A DNA stretch of 63,793 nucleotides, the filler included, from Folioceros fuciformis (taxonomy: Eukaryota): assembly GCA_049999805.1 (NCBI GenBank). It is 4 parts of 4 records of this genome, joined end to end, with 100 filler letters (N's around TTAATTAATTAA, not from the genome) between each part and the next. Parts side by side here need not be neighbours in the genome. Positions count along the whole stretch, not along the records: positions 1 to 28,745 come from JBNGIO010006207.1; 3 more parts are not named here. One strand, 5' to 3'. The translations under genes were made by a program, and so were the position numbers. Every line of letters starts with the position of its first letter. Position 1 is the stretch's first letter. Below are positions 13,901 to 24,920 of the stretch, piece after piece. The notes under the pieces were generated by a model. The model was not told the origin of the DNA. It did no database searches and saw only the letters and a list, made by a program, of their open reading frames with translations.

Positions 13901-16338
13901 CCTCTTTCCTATGCTCATTGACAGGAGAAAGAGCTGAATTTTCTCTACACTCACCAGAGGAAGTTTTCCTATGAAAGTTGCAGCATTAGCAAGCTCCGCC
14001 GCAGCCTGGATCTCTTCCATCGTCGCTCCTTCTTTGCCATATGCAATGTTTCGCAAGATGGAGGNNNNNNNNNNNNNNNNNNNNNNNNNNNNNNNNNNNN
14101 NNNNNNNNNNNNNNNNNNNNNNNNNNNNNNNNNNNNNNNNNNNNNNNNNNNNNNNNNNNNNNNNNNNNNNNNNNNNNNNNNNNNNNNNNNNNNNNNNNNN
14201 NNNNNNNNNNNNNNNNNNNNNNNNNNNNNNNNNNNNNNNNNNNNNNNNNNNNNNNNNNNNNNNNNNNNNNNNNNNNNNNNNNNNNNNNNNNNNNNNNNNN
14301 NNNNNNNNNNNNNNNNNNNNNNNNNNNNNNNNNNNNNNNNNNNNNNNNNNNNNNNNNNNNNNNNNNNNNNNNNNNNNNNNNNNNNNNNNNNNNNNNNNNN
14401 NNNNNNNNNNNNNNNNNNNNNNNNNNNNNNNNNNNNNNNNNNNNNNNNNNNNNNNNNNNNNNNNCTTGCCGCTCCCACTCTCACCAACAAGGGCGGCTGT
14501 GCAATGAGATGGGATGGAAAGACAGAAGTCTGAGAAGATTTGGACTCCAGGACGAGTGGGGTAGCAAAAATGAACTTTGTCGAACTCAATTTCTCCTTTC
14601 AGATCAAGAACAGTTTCTCCATGAACCGAGGAGGAGTCAATGTCAGGTTTCCTCTTTATAATCTCGAACATTTTGAAGGCTGCCTGTTGTCCAAGCTGAA
14701 ACGAATTCACTGCCGGAGCAGCCTGACCAAGCGCACTGCAATGGAAAAACAAAGCCAGGCAAGGTGTGAAAGGAGAAGCAGCTGCAAAACCAAGCCACAA
14801 TGACAAATGCTGAGCCGAAAAACGGTGATTGCATCGCTTACAGGCCTCCCATCACTGTTGAGAAGATGACTGTGAGTGCAGTTCCACCCCGATAACCCTC
14901 TTTAGTGACAAGTATCCCTCCATACCAGAAAGATAATGCATAGGTGCAGTATAGAACAAAGAATATTGTTGAAAAGCTCCAGGAATTGTGAAAGGCCTGA
15001 ACACGTGAAACCTTGTACCCCTTCTTGAGCGCCTTGTCGTAATCTTGCACAGCCTTTCTCTCACCATTGAAGGACACCACCTGATGCAAGATTTAACAAG
15101 CATTTCATACTACTTTCCTCGCAAATATCAACACCAAACCTTAGCACCTGGAACAATACCCCTTGACATCGACACAGATACTGCAAGCGATACTCATTCT
15201 TACAGTTCGCATAGACCCAATGACTTGCTCCACAATCTTTGCTGCTTCCGAATATGAATCTTGTCCTTCCTTGGCATGCTTCTGGAGGAAGATACCGACC
15301 AAAGCTCCCGCCACCACAAGGAGTGGGAGACTGACAAGGGACACAAGAGCCAGCTTCCACCCCTCTATGAAAGCAATCACGTAACCCCCCAAGAACGTGG
15401 CCATGAACTGAATGAATTTGCCAACCTGAGAGTGAAGCACTTTGCTGGTGACATCCGGTACCTTAGTAAAGCTTTGCACGAAATGTTGCCAAGGCGGCAG
15501 AACACCTTACCTGGTCACCAATAGCTCCTTGAATAAGAAGGGTATCCCCGGATAGTCTGGCTATAACCTCCCCAGTGGCAGTTTCCTTATCAAAAAATGC
15601 AACATCTTGTCTTATAACAGCTCTCAGATAGGCGGCCCGAATCCGAGAAGATTGCCTTTCTCCTGTGGCTATCCACAATGACACCTCTACACCACAGTGT
15701 CACACAGACTCAGAAGCAGCAGATCCCGTCCAATTGACCTCGACGTTGCGAGCCATGCATCGATGATTCAGTCAGGGTTGTGTCTAACCAGTGTAAGCTG
15801 CAAGCCCAGAAGCCAGACCTATGTAGATGAATTTTAGTACCAGCTGCCCCACAGGCACAGTAGCAAAATCAGATTCAACCTTGATTCAGGACATTCGTAA
15901 TCACAACGCTTTCAACATATCTTACTCAATATCAACCAATTCGATGGTGCAAACCTTATTGACTTCGTGAGTGACAGAACTCGATCCATTTTCACCAAAG
16001 GCGTTGATCGTGGAGCCCAAAAGAAGGGTCATTGCAGGCTGAGACACTCCAACAGCAATCGCAGACAAGGTGCCAAAGAACATGAGGACGTAATCTAAGG
16101 TATCTGCGAAAGCAAAGAGCCGAACGAAAGGCACGACTTGTGCCTTTTCGGCCTGCGGCTTCTCTTGCCCTTCCTCCTTAGATTCACCGCCGCCATCTGG
16201 AAGCAAGTGATCTGATATGTGTGCTGCACCGTCACTTGGATTCAGCACTGACACTTCCCCCCGTCCACCATTCAACGTAGTCCCAGGTCCCGGCTCCTGC
16301 AACGTGCTTGACAGATCCTTTTCCAAACTGCTTTCCAT
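10955..16338 (-). CDS. ABCB: Full-size ABC transporter subfamily B (P-glycoprotein/MDR), multi-exon, spans an N gap at 14065-14464
   Basis: Two TMD-NBD halves. Walker A GESGSGK, signature [19 protein letters not shown] and AHRLSTI each occur twice. N-terminal [11 protein letters not shown] and [13 protein letters not shown] are typical of plant ABCBs. Confidence 0.95.
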
Positions 16339-16599
16339 GCCTGCGCCTGATGATCCTCACTGGCCAGCGCTGTCAAATTCTACTGGCATGAGGTACCACC
16401 AAAATTCGCACTCACTGTACAAAGCACATTGCCTGCATTTTCTGAATTGTCCCTTCCGCCACTACTGTTAGCCACGACCCACCACGGGCAAGGAGCTACC
16501 ACCGGGCAACTTTGCCCAGCTATTTGTGCTGCAGACTTCTACCACAAAAGGACAAGTGATCAGTCAACAGACGACCTGGCCAATCAGAAGGAGCAGGCC

Positions 16600-16856
16600 A
16601 ATTAGCTTGCGCGACAAGGTAACGCAACACAGGAAAACTTGCAGACCAAGATACATGTAGTTTTCTAAGTCACAAAATTCCTCGGGGAATGTGGTACCTG
16701 CGCGCATGTGCTCCGCAACTTCCAGGCGAATTAGCTTGCGCCGCAAGGTAACGCAACACAGGAAAACTTGGAGACCAAGATACATGTAGATTTCAAATAA
16801 GTGACAAAAGTCCTCGGGGAATGTGGTATCTGCGCGCATGTGCTCCGCAAGTTCCA
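16600..16856. repeat. Tandem duplication, 2 x ~129 bp, upstream of ABCB
   Basis: aattagcttgcg...tgcgcgcatgtgctccgcaaSttcca starts at 16600 and again at 16729. Confidence 0.9.
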
Positions 16857-17729
16857 TGCTTGCTTCCTCGAAAATTTGTTGTTCCGTTTGCTACCAGCCA
16901 AACCATTTCCCTGTCACCTGTAAGCCGTTTGCTGTAAGATATTCCTACTCCCGAGCATAAATGTGGTGGGGTCACAGCATCTATCCAGTGAGCAGGTTGT
17001 GTACGTCCTGACCTGAAGGTAATATATGTACGCATGTGTGTTTGTCAGCCGACTCCTCACACATGCTGGCTTTTATTGGTAGCGTGTCGGAAGCCGCCAT
17101 GTGATTCATGAGTCGCGTGTGGATATATAAAGTAGGTCGTTCCTATCAATGATCTTTCACGGCGTCAGGAATTGGGACACGTTAGCCCGCACGCGCAGAA
17201 ACGATGTGAGCCCAACTATCGACAAGAACATCAAAATGGGCCCCATCCCAGCCAGCCTTTACAGGGGAAGTTCAGACGTTGAACTCCCACCACGTGAATC
17301 TCCCGTTAGGGTTTCCGGCTTCCCGTCCGCCTGTTGTCTGCGGTAGGAAAGCATGCAGGCAGCTGGAAGGAGTACAGATGAGAGCCGTTGCTGTCAGGGA
17401 CTCGGGAAAGAAGTGGTCGTGCCTGCCATTCTCACAGCAAACAGAAACTTCTCCTGCGACTGCGGTCTCTCAAGACGAGGTTGAAGTTGGCATTTGGCGG
17501 CAAGGGGCCTGGGATTGTTTGCGCCTTGAGGAGGAGAATTGTCTGTTTGGAGTATGGTACGATCCTCAAACAAATAGAAAGTGCCAGATACTGTACATAT
17601 ATATCTGTTCCAGCTACAGCACAGCACAGTGACGATGCGGATACCGTCCTATCACCGTCAGGCGCCTCCTACAACTTCGATCCTTCCTGTTGCAGCTGAC
17701 ACCATAGAGTCCTGTCCTACATTTAGCGC

Positions 17730-17860
17730 TTTGTGCCCGGATTGGTGCAATGTCCTCTGTGGTTGGATGCATTTAGCGTTGTGTGTCCGGTTTGGTACAA
17801 TGTCCTGTCCGGTTTGGTCCAATGTCCTGTTTGGTTGGATGCCCAAACCAAACCGGACAC
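17730..17860. repeat. Short degenerate direct and inverted repeat cluster
   Basis: ccggWttggtNcaatgtcct occurs three times. gtgtccggtttggt is inverted as accaaaccggacac at 17847-17860. Confidence 0.6.
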
Positions 17861-18488
17861 CATGAATCCAGGCATCGAGGCATCGAGGAAGAATATCTGG
17901 TGGATACCCCAGGAAGATAAATGACTATAATACGTAGAGAGAAAGTGCCTGGTTGGGCATGCCATACCTCCAAGAGAATCTCATCTGGATTTGGCTACCG
18001 ATGCTTCCAGAAATTCCGCATAGGCCGTCAGGAGCAGTCTCCTAGCTGATTGCCGTCTGCCCCCTCCAGCTGTTATTCCCTGTTCCCAAATTAGGAGAAT
18101 CACGCCCTACAGGCAAGCCACAACTCTGTACTGTAGTCCAGCAAATGCGTCGGAAGCGGAAGCTGCTTTACATCCAATTCGGATCCCCCACGTGTCAAGG
18201 AGAATCCATGTTGTCGTTTTTTTTTGACCAAGGAGGTTCCATTTACAGCACAGTCACCTGTAGCTTCGTGTCGTGGACTAGAAAAGATTTCTTATTCCTC
18301 TCCTTCGTAAAGTTCACGTCAATTCAGATGACCACCTCCAGTGTCAGGGGATGAATTGCAAGGCAATGCAGTGAAGGGGACGTGAGATNNNNNNNNNNNN
18401 NNNNNNNNNNNNNNNNNNNNNNNNNNNNNNNNNNNNNNNNNNNNNNNNNNNNNNNNNNNNNNNNNNNNNNNNNNNNNNNNNNNNNNNN

Positions 18489-18557
18489 GGACCAAACAGG
18501 TTCCTTCCGAGGGACCAAACAGGTTCCTTCCGAGGGACCAAACAGGTTCCTTCCGAG
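18489..18557. repeat. 23-bp minisatellite, at least 3 copies, next to an N gap
   Basis: ggaccaaacaggttccttccgag x3. Confidence 0.9.
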
Positions 18558-19570
18558 GAGCCAAGCTCTTGGCCAACCTCCAATTTGAGCCACCCGACGT
18601 TTCAGAAGTGGCAGGATTCGGCGTGATAGGATGTCACAAGGTACAAATCTGATGCGAGAAATGTGCTTGACAAGACGTGGGGTGAAGTCCTCTGCCCGGT
18701 TCCCGACCTCTTAGTCTACCAACAATGTCTCGAATTTCATAAGGACCTCATTTGCAAGCAAATTGAAACGTCGCAACGTTGGTCCCCTCGTCTGCGGGAT
18801 AGTTTCTTGATCGAATAATTCTTTCTCGAAGACGTAACACATTTGCAGCCAGACTGTTGTCAGCTTGGCGTAGAACTACTAACTTGCACCACCATAGGCT
18901 GCTGGGAGCTATGTGCATGTACACCTAGGTCACACCCGTCACAGGAGGAAGCATTCATGTACTGATACAATGTGCAGCTCGTCATAAGCTAGCCTGATCA
19001 GTCGGAGCTGCGATTGATTCGCCAATCGATCGGTCAATTGATCAGCCAGCTGATCGGTTTGCGACAGCTCCGTCGGGCCACGATCCCGAACTACGTAGCT
19101 AGTGCAACTCACTGCATGACAGAAAATGGAAAGTATAACAACCTCGTTGGTGACAAGATCAGTACGACAGTAGAATCGATTCTGTCCGAGACGACCGAAA
19201 TTCTGATTCAGATGAGCTCTCTCGATTTGCAGAAGTGCACTGGGGACGGATTTCTGTATGAGTACGAGGCAGGTGCGGGTGTGGGGTATGCAAGTCGCGG
19301 CGAACGGGAAAGCGGTGAGATGGTAGCGTGTGGCACTGCGTATGGCACAAATAAGGCCACAGAGAGGGAGACTGCCGCACAGCTGTGGCCCAGACATCGA
19401 GTGTCCTGTTTTATTACTCGTTTGTGAAGAACAGGCGACGGCACCGGCGTGTGCGACGGTGAAGCGCACCGGTGGGCAGGGCAGGAGGCCTCATGGCATG
19501 AATAGCCGTGCCTCGATCCGGAGGTTTAGCGTAGCCCTGCTCCTCGAGAGGAAGGCGGCAGTCAGCCTCC

Positions 19571-19798
19571 TAGCTTTCCACCGTCCTTCATGCCTGCTTC
19601 AGATTTCAGATATTGTGCTGTAGCTTTCCACCATCCTTCATGCCGGCTTCATATTTCAGATTTTGTGTCGTAGCTTTCTACCATCCTTCACGCCTGCTTC
19701 AGATTTCAGATTTTGTGTCGTAGCTTTCTACCATCCTTCACGCCTGCTTCAGATTTCAGATTTTGTGTCGTAGCTTTCCACCATCCCTCATGCCGGCA
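19571..19798. repeat. 50-bp minisatellite, ~4.5 copies
   Basis: tagctttcYaccatccttcaYgcctgcttcagatttcagattttgtgtcg at 19571, 19621, 19671, 19721 and a partial copy at 19771. Confidence 0.92.
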
Positions 19799-20718
19799 TG
19801 AATGCGGGTCGTTCATCAGCGGCCACCTGCTAGTAAGGCAGCGCAAGCCGCCTGCTGCAACTTGGAGCCATGCAGAGCGTGCGCATGAGTTAGATCTCAA
19901 ACTGGAGGGAAGACGTTGAAGAGTCTATGTCGGGTGTTCATACAACAAAAGATGCTACACATTTGGCTACCGATGCTCCCTAGACAACCTGTGTGATCCA
20001 GCACACAAAATCTGAGGGTACATAAGATAATACGATTATCAGTGTAAGGGTCATTCCAACCGGGGTACTATATGTGCCTAAAGTTATACATGCAAGAGAG
20101 CCTATCCCTATCAGAATTCTGTCATTCCTGTAAAGCACTGAATCTGGGACTCACTGTGGTCAGACAATGGAATGACTTGGAGAATCCATGAACTGTGTCC
20201 AACAAAGTGCATGGATTAGCATCACACACCTCCGTCTCATCTCCACGGAACGAAGACAATTTGAGCCACTGACATTCAATGTATACGCACATTTGTGTTC
20301 GTCATTGGACGGAACATGCAGAGTTTGTGCCGGGAACAGTCCTGAGATTGGTGAGTTGCTGGAAATTGTGTCTTTCTATCAACCCCATCTGCACCGTGGG
20401 GCATGTCAACTCTCACACGGGGAAGATCGCGAGAGACGATAACGATCAGATGAAAGCGAGCGGCCATCCCAGTCCCATGAGGGGAAGTTGGCCAGGCGGG
20501 TGCATGTTTCGTTAGGGTTTCTGACTTCTGGTTGGTCAGTCTGTTCTGGCGAGGAAAAATCGGATGCAGGACGGGTCCGGTATTTTGTTGGCTGACGGTG
20601 GAATCGATGCTGCCTGAGTCATCGAGAATCGAATTTCCTGGTTTGCAGAGATATGATGTTGCATCGACGTGCTTTCACAGCAAGGTGGTGAGGATTGGTA
20701 GCTACAGAAGGTTCTGTT

Positions 20719-23217
20719 ATGGATCCAAGGGAGGGGACGAAAGCAGTTTTAGCGGCCTGCCGTAGGTTGTCGGAAGGAGAATCATGCAGGTTAAGAGTAG
20801 ATGTGGAGAAGAAGCAGAGGGAGTGGATTTGGGAGTATGTGTTGAAGCACTGTACTGATCAGAGGATTATCGAGGAGTTGATGAAGGTGTACCAGATTCC
20901 CAATGACAACCTGGTTCTGAAGCGGATGTTGCTTCTTAGGACGCTGTCTTACCAGGTCACGGAGCCCCTGCTGCCAGATGCGGCACTGGACGTGCTCCGC
21001 GGGTTGATAGAATTGGCGAAACCCGGGACCCTTCCCGCTGCCTGGATGGTGGCGCTGCCCAGGAATTCTCCTATTAAGAGAAGGCGGGAATTGGAGTCGG
21101 AAGAGGGAGGACGCATTGCTAAAAGGGAGAAAAGTGTTGTAGATGGCTATCATCAGCATCCGGGAGTCCCTGGTGCAACTGCAGCGCGTGCAGAAGAGGG
21201 AGGGTTTGGAGGGAAAATCAAGGGGCCGGATATTGAGGCAGGTGCTGGTGGTGCGGCACTGGATGACCAGGTTTCAGGTAGGGAGACAGGTGCAGATTGT
21301 CCGTTGAACTCACGACGCGCTCCAGCTGAGGATGCGCAGAAGAAGAGGGTCTTGCCGAGTAGCTTGTCGAAGGGTTTTCGTAAAATCAGGGATGCGACCA
21401 GGAGTTCGTTTCTGAACGAGGAGACGTGCAGAAAGGGGAAGGAGAAGTTTTTTAGATTGTTTCCTAAGCCCCTTGGCATGGATGCAGAGAACGGAGAGAA
21501 GGAGAGGGGCGTAGATGTGGGGGCACAAGCTGGTGCTTCATCTGACGATCGGGGCAAGGCAAGCACTCTTCAGGACTGCACGTTATGTTACGTGCAGACT
21601 TACCAACCTCCAGACAGGGAACTTTTGCTTGCAGTTATGACAGAGTTGTCAGTGCAATACCTCAGATCCGAGCCCATGGACCTGCAACGATACCGTGAAG
21701 CTATACAGAAGCACTGGGGTGCCTCTGTGGAAGACACGGAGGACCAAGACCAAGATGATAGTGGTGTCTTTCAGGTGGTCAAGACAGCACTTTGGGCAGC
21801 ATTGGAGATGCCCGATCTTCGGAACAAGATAGTGAAGGAGCATAAGCGGGAGGATATGGAGAAGATTCTGACGGCCTTCTTGCATCAAGCTTGGTCAGAA
21901 ATTGGGCCCACCTTTCTTGGACGCATCGTAGGCGTAGAAGAACTTTCCAGCCAGGATGTGCCAACGGAGAACATGCAGAATGGAGCAAGAGTAGGCCCAG
22001 AAGTTCCTTCAAGGACTGACGAGGATGAAGCTGGAGGTGTGCAAGTTGTGCAGGGTTTGGGGGAGGATCAACGACGACAAGCAAATGCTGGGCGAAGGCA
22101 CTCGGGTGTGCAGATGCACAATTCTGAAAGTCGTTTTGGGCCCACCTTTCCTGGACGTCTCGTAGGTTCAGAAGAAGAACTTTCCAGGCTGGGCGTTCCA
22201 ATAGAGAACATGAATGATGGAGGCAGAGTAGGTCCAGAAGTTGTTACAGGGAACAGTGAGGATGAAGCTGGAGGTGTGCAAGTTGTGCAGGATATGAGGG
22301 AGGATCAAAGACGACAAGCACATGATGAGCAAGGCAACTCCCATGTGCAGATGCATAATGTTGAGAAACTTGTGGAAACTGGCTGTCTAGAGGCACAGCG
22401 TGCCATTCAAAACTTGCGTGAAAGTGAGATTCAACTGTACAGAATGGTGAAGGATCCTCTTCCACAAGCTTTGATGTTGGCTAACCAGGTTGGAGGCCAG
22501 GTTGAAGCTTGCCAGAATCGAGAACAGCCCGAGGCTACCCGTGGGGCAATAACCTTAAATAACGATCGGCTGAACTTGCAGCCGTCTGTGGAGGTGCAGG
22601 CTGTCATCCGTGTTGTTTATTTGAATTGTTCAGCCACAGCGACCTTTCTTATGCTAACATCTGTTTGCCTTGGTACTTCAGTTGATTGAGGAGGATATAT
22701 CCGAGAGTCCTGAACAGAGTATCCCACCACGCGTTGTGCTGCAAAGACCAGCCTCCAATAAGTTTACCCCTTTGGTGACAAGCCCTTTTGATTCTCCTCC
22801 TAGGATGCAAGTTAGGAGAAGAATGCGCAAGAAGTGGACAGAGGTTGAAGAAACTACGTTGAAATTGAACGTACAGAAGTATGGTCTAATATTGAGCCTT
22901 TCTGTCTCCTCCATTCTTTCTGGTTCTTTAACTGTTGCTGTCATACTCATTTCTGACGTACTCACAAGGAATTCGTCTACCTCTCAGGTATGGCAAAGGC
23001 AGGTGGAAGTTCATTCTGAAAAACAACATGGATGTCTTCACCACTCGCACAGAGGTCAGCTAAATATGTCAGCCCGTAGAGGTAGAAGCAAGGAAGAAAA
23101 GGTGTCTGCGTCCGAGTCCTTGACGTTTACTTCATCTAATTACCGCTATATTTTATGTAGGTTGATCTCAAGGATAAGTGGAGAAACATTGAGAAAGCGG
23201 AAGGCGTTTTGACTTAA
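20719..23217 (+). CDS. TRFL: Telomere-repeat-binding-factor-like protein with C-terminal telobox Myb domain, 4 exons
   Basis: Spliced C-terminus KKWTEVEETTLKLNVQKYGKGRWKFILKNNMDVFTTRTEVDLKDKWRN contains the telobox motif VDLKDKWRN. N-terminal WIWEYVLK...LKRMLLLRTL block. GT-AG introns at about 22594-22681, 22880-22988 and 23054-23160. Confidence 0.85.
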
Positions 23218-24199
23218 CGGGAGCTTTCGCTTCAAAAATCCATCGAGGAGGCATGCTGCAGCGAGAACCCTACTCTTGCACGTTTTATGTTGAAGCATGG
23301 GCAGAAGGTCGGAGCTTGTAGAATGTAAACCTGGATCAGGTAAAGACATCTCCCTCACCATGCACGATGCTATGATGCATGCGGAGCCTACCGCCTTCCC
23401 TGTTGTGCAAATTGATGCCCTTATCAGGCCACCGGGATGGTGAGAAGGATTATGCTGGACTAAAGTACAAGGCCGTTCCTCGGATGAGGGGAATTCTTGT
23501 GCCACATGGCTTGGAGAAGGCGGCTCGCGCTTCTTTCTGGATTCTCACCTATAGACCGTGTGGAGGAGAGAGCCGTGGCGTCGGGTTTGAGCTTGTCGAC
23601 TGTTAGCAGCAGTTCTGTCTGCAGGCTGTGATTACGGAGCCAGTCCTAGCACCAGTCCTGTCTGCGTCCGCCAGCGATGGTTTTCTCAATAAGGAATAGT
23701 TCCAGGATTGCAGAAGCGTCGTGTCACCCGTAAGTGAGGGCTCCTCCAGCCCTGCCATTCTTTCGTGGCGGAATGCTTTATTGGCTAGGGTGGCCTTATT
23801 GCGCCACCTGCCACTGCCAGAGCGAGCAGGGGATCTTATGGTTGCCTACGATATGGAGAAGATGCAGATGAGGTTTGGCGATGAGGTTTGTGCTCAAGGT
23901 CCGCGTGGCAATGTAAGGCTACTCAGCAGACAGTTCATCCCGCCCTAGTATTTACTTACCTGCTGTTGCTTGGACCGGGAACTGAAGGCTACACACATTG
24001 AGGTTGGCCTCCGTCCGTTAAAGTTCCACGTACATCGGGTACCGGACGGACTTAGTGATCGTGCGATGCACCATTAGTGGTGTCTTATTTGTTATATGTG
24101 CGAACGGTCTATTTCTTGTTAACGTTAGGCCTTTGTTGAGCATCACCCTTATCTTGGGCCTTTGTTACGCACCACCCCTTACATTTCACGGGTGCCGGG

Positions 24200-24867
24200 C
24201 AGGGTCCCATTCCAAGCTCGGTTCCGGTCCAGGCATGTGTCAAAAACCCAAGCTCGGTTCTTCAGGTCCAGGCATGTGTCAAAAACCCAAGTTCGGTTCT
24301 TCAGATTCTGGTCCCCACCCTCGGTCCCCGAGTCCGGTCCTCGAAAACAAAGGGGACCGAGGGTTCATAAGATGGCCGGTTGAAAAATAATAAATTACTT
24401 AATTTACTATTTATTAATACTACTTAATATAGTAATAAATCTTAATATTCTGATCCTCAATACATTGATGAGCATATCCATGAATGATTAAGGAGATAGA
24501 TTGATATTTGGTACATTTGTTTTTTATATTACTGTTTATAAATTATTTATTTGATATTTATTATGTTTAGTGACCAAGGGTCGCAAAAAGGCATAGTCCC
24601 TGCTAAGTGCGGCACAGTCCCTGCTNNNNNNNNNNNNNNNNNNNNNNNNNNNNNNNNNNNNNNNNNNNNNNNNNNNNNNNNNNNNNNNNNNNNNNNNNNN
24701 NNNNNNNNNNNNNNNNNNNNNNNNNCTGCTAAGTGCGGCACAGTCCCTGCTAAGTGCGGCACAGTCCCTGCTAAGTGCGGCACAGTCCCTGCTCAGTGCG
24801 GGATTGAGTGGAGCTAGGCTAGGCAGTCTCAAGGACTGAGATAGTACTCAGTCAAAATAATACCCTG
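24200..24867. mobile_element. Non-autonomous hAT-type DNA transposon (MITE)
   Basis: Ends CAGGGT...ACCCTG are flanked by a perfect 8-bp direct repeat GTGCCGGG (24192-24199 and 24868-24875). AT-rich core, no ORF. Confidence 0.75.
24593..24800. repeat. 21-bp minisatellite inside the MITE, interrupted by an N gap
   Basis: ctgctaagtgcggcacagtcc repeated on both sides of the gap. Confidence 0.9.
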
Positions 24868-24920
24868 GTGCCGGGCTCGCTTTCTTCTCTCTTTGCTATA
24901 TAAAGCCCTGCATGTCATTG

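Noticed and set aside
19014..19427. 137-aa ORF
   Set aside because: Partly protein-like, but no recognisable homology or clear gene structure.
19571..19798. Possible CRISPR-like array (also 1798-1939, 18489-18557, 24593-24800)
   Set aside because: Head-to-tail units with no unique spacers, no cas genes, eukaryotic context.
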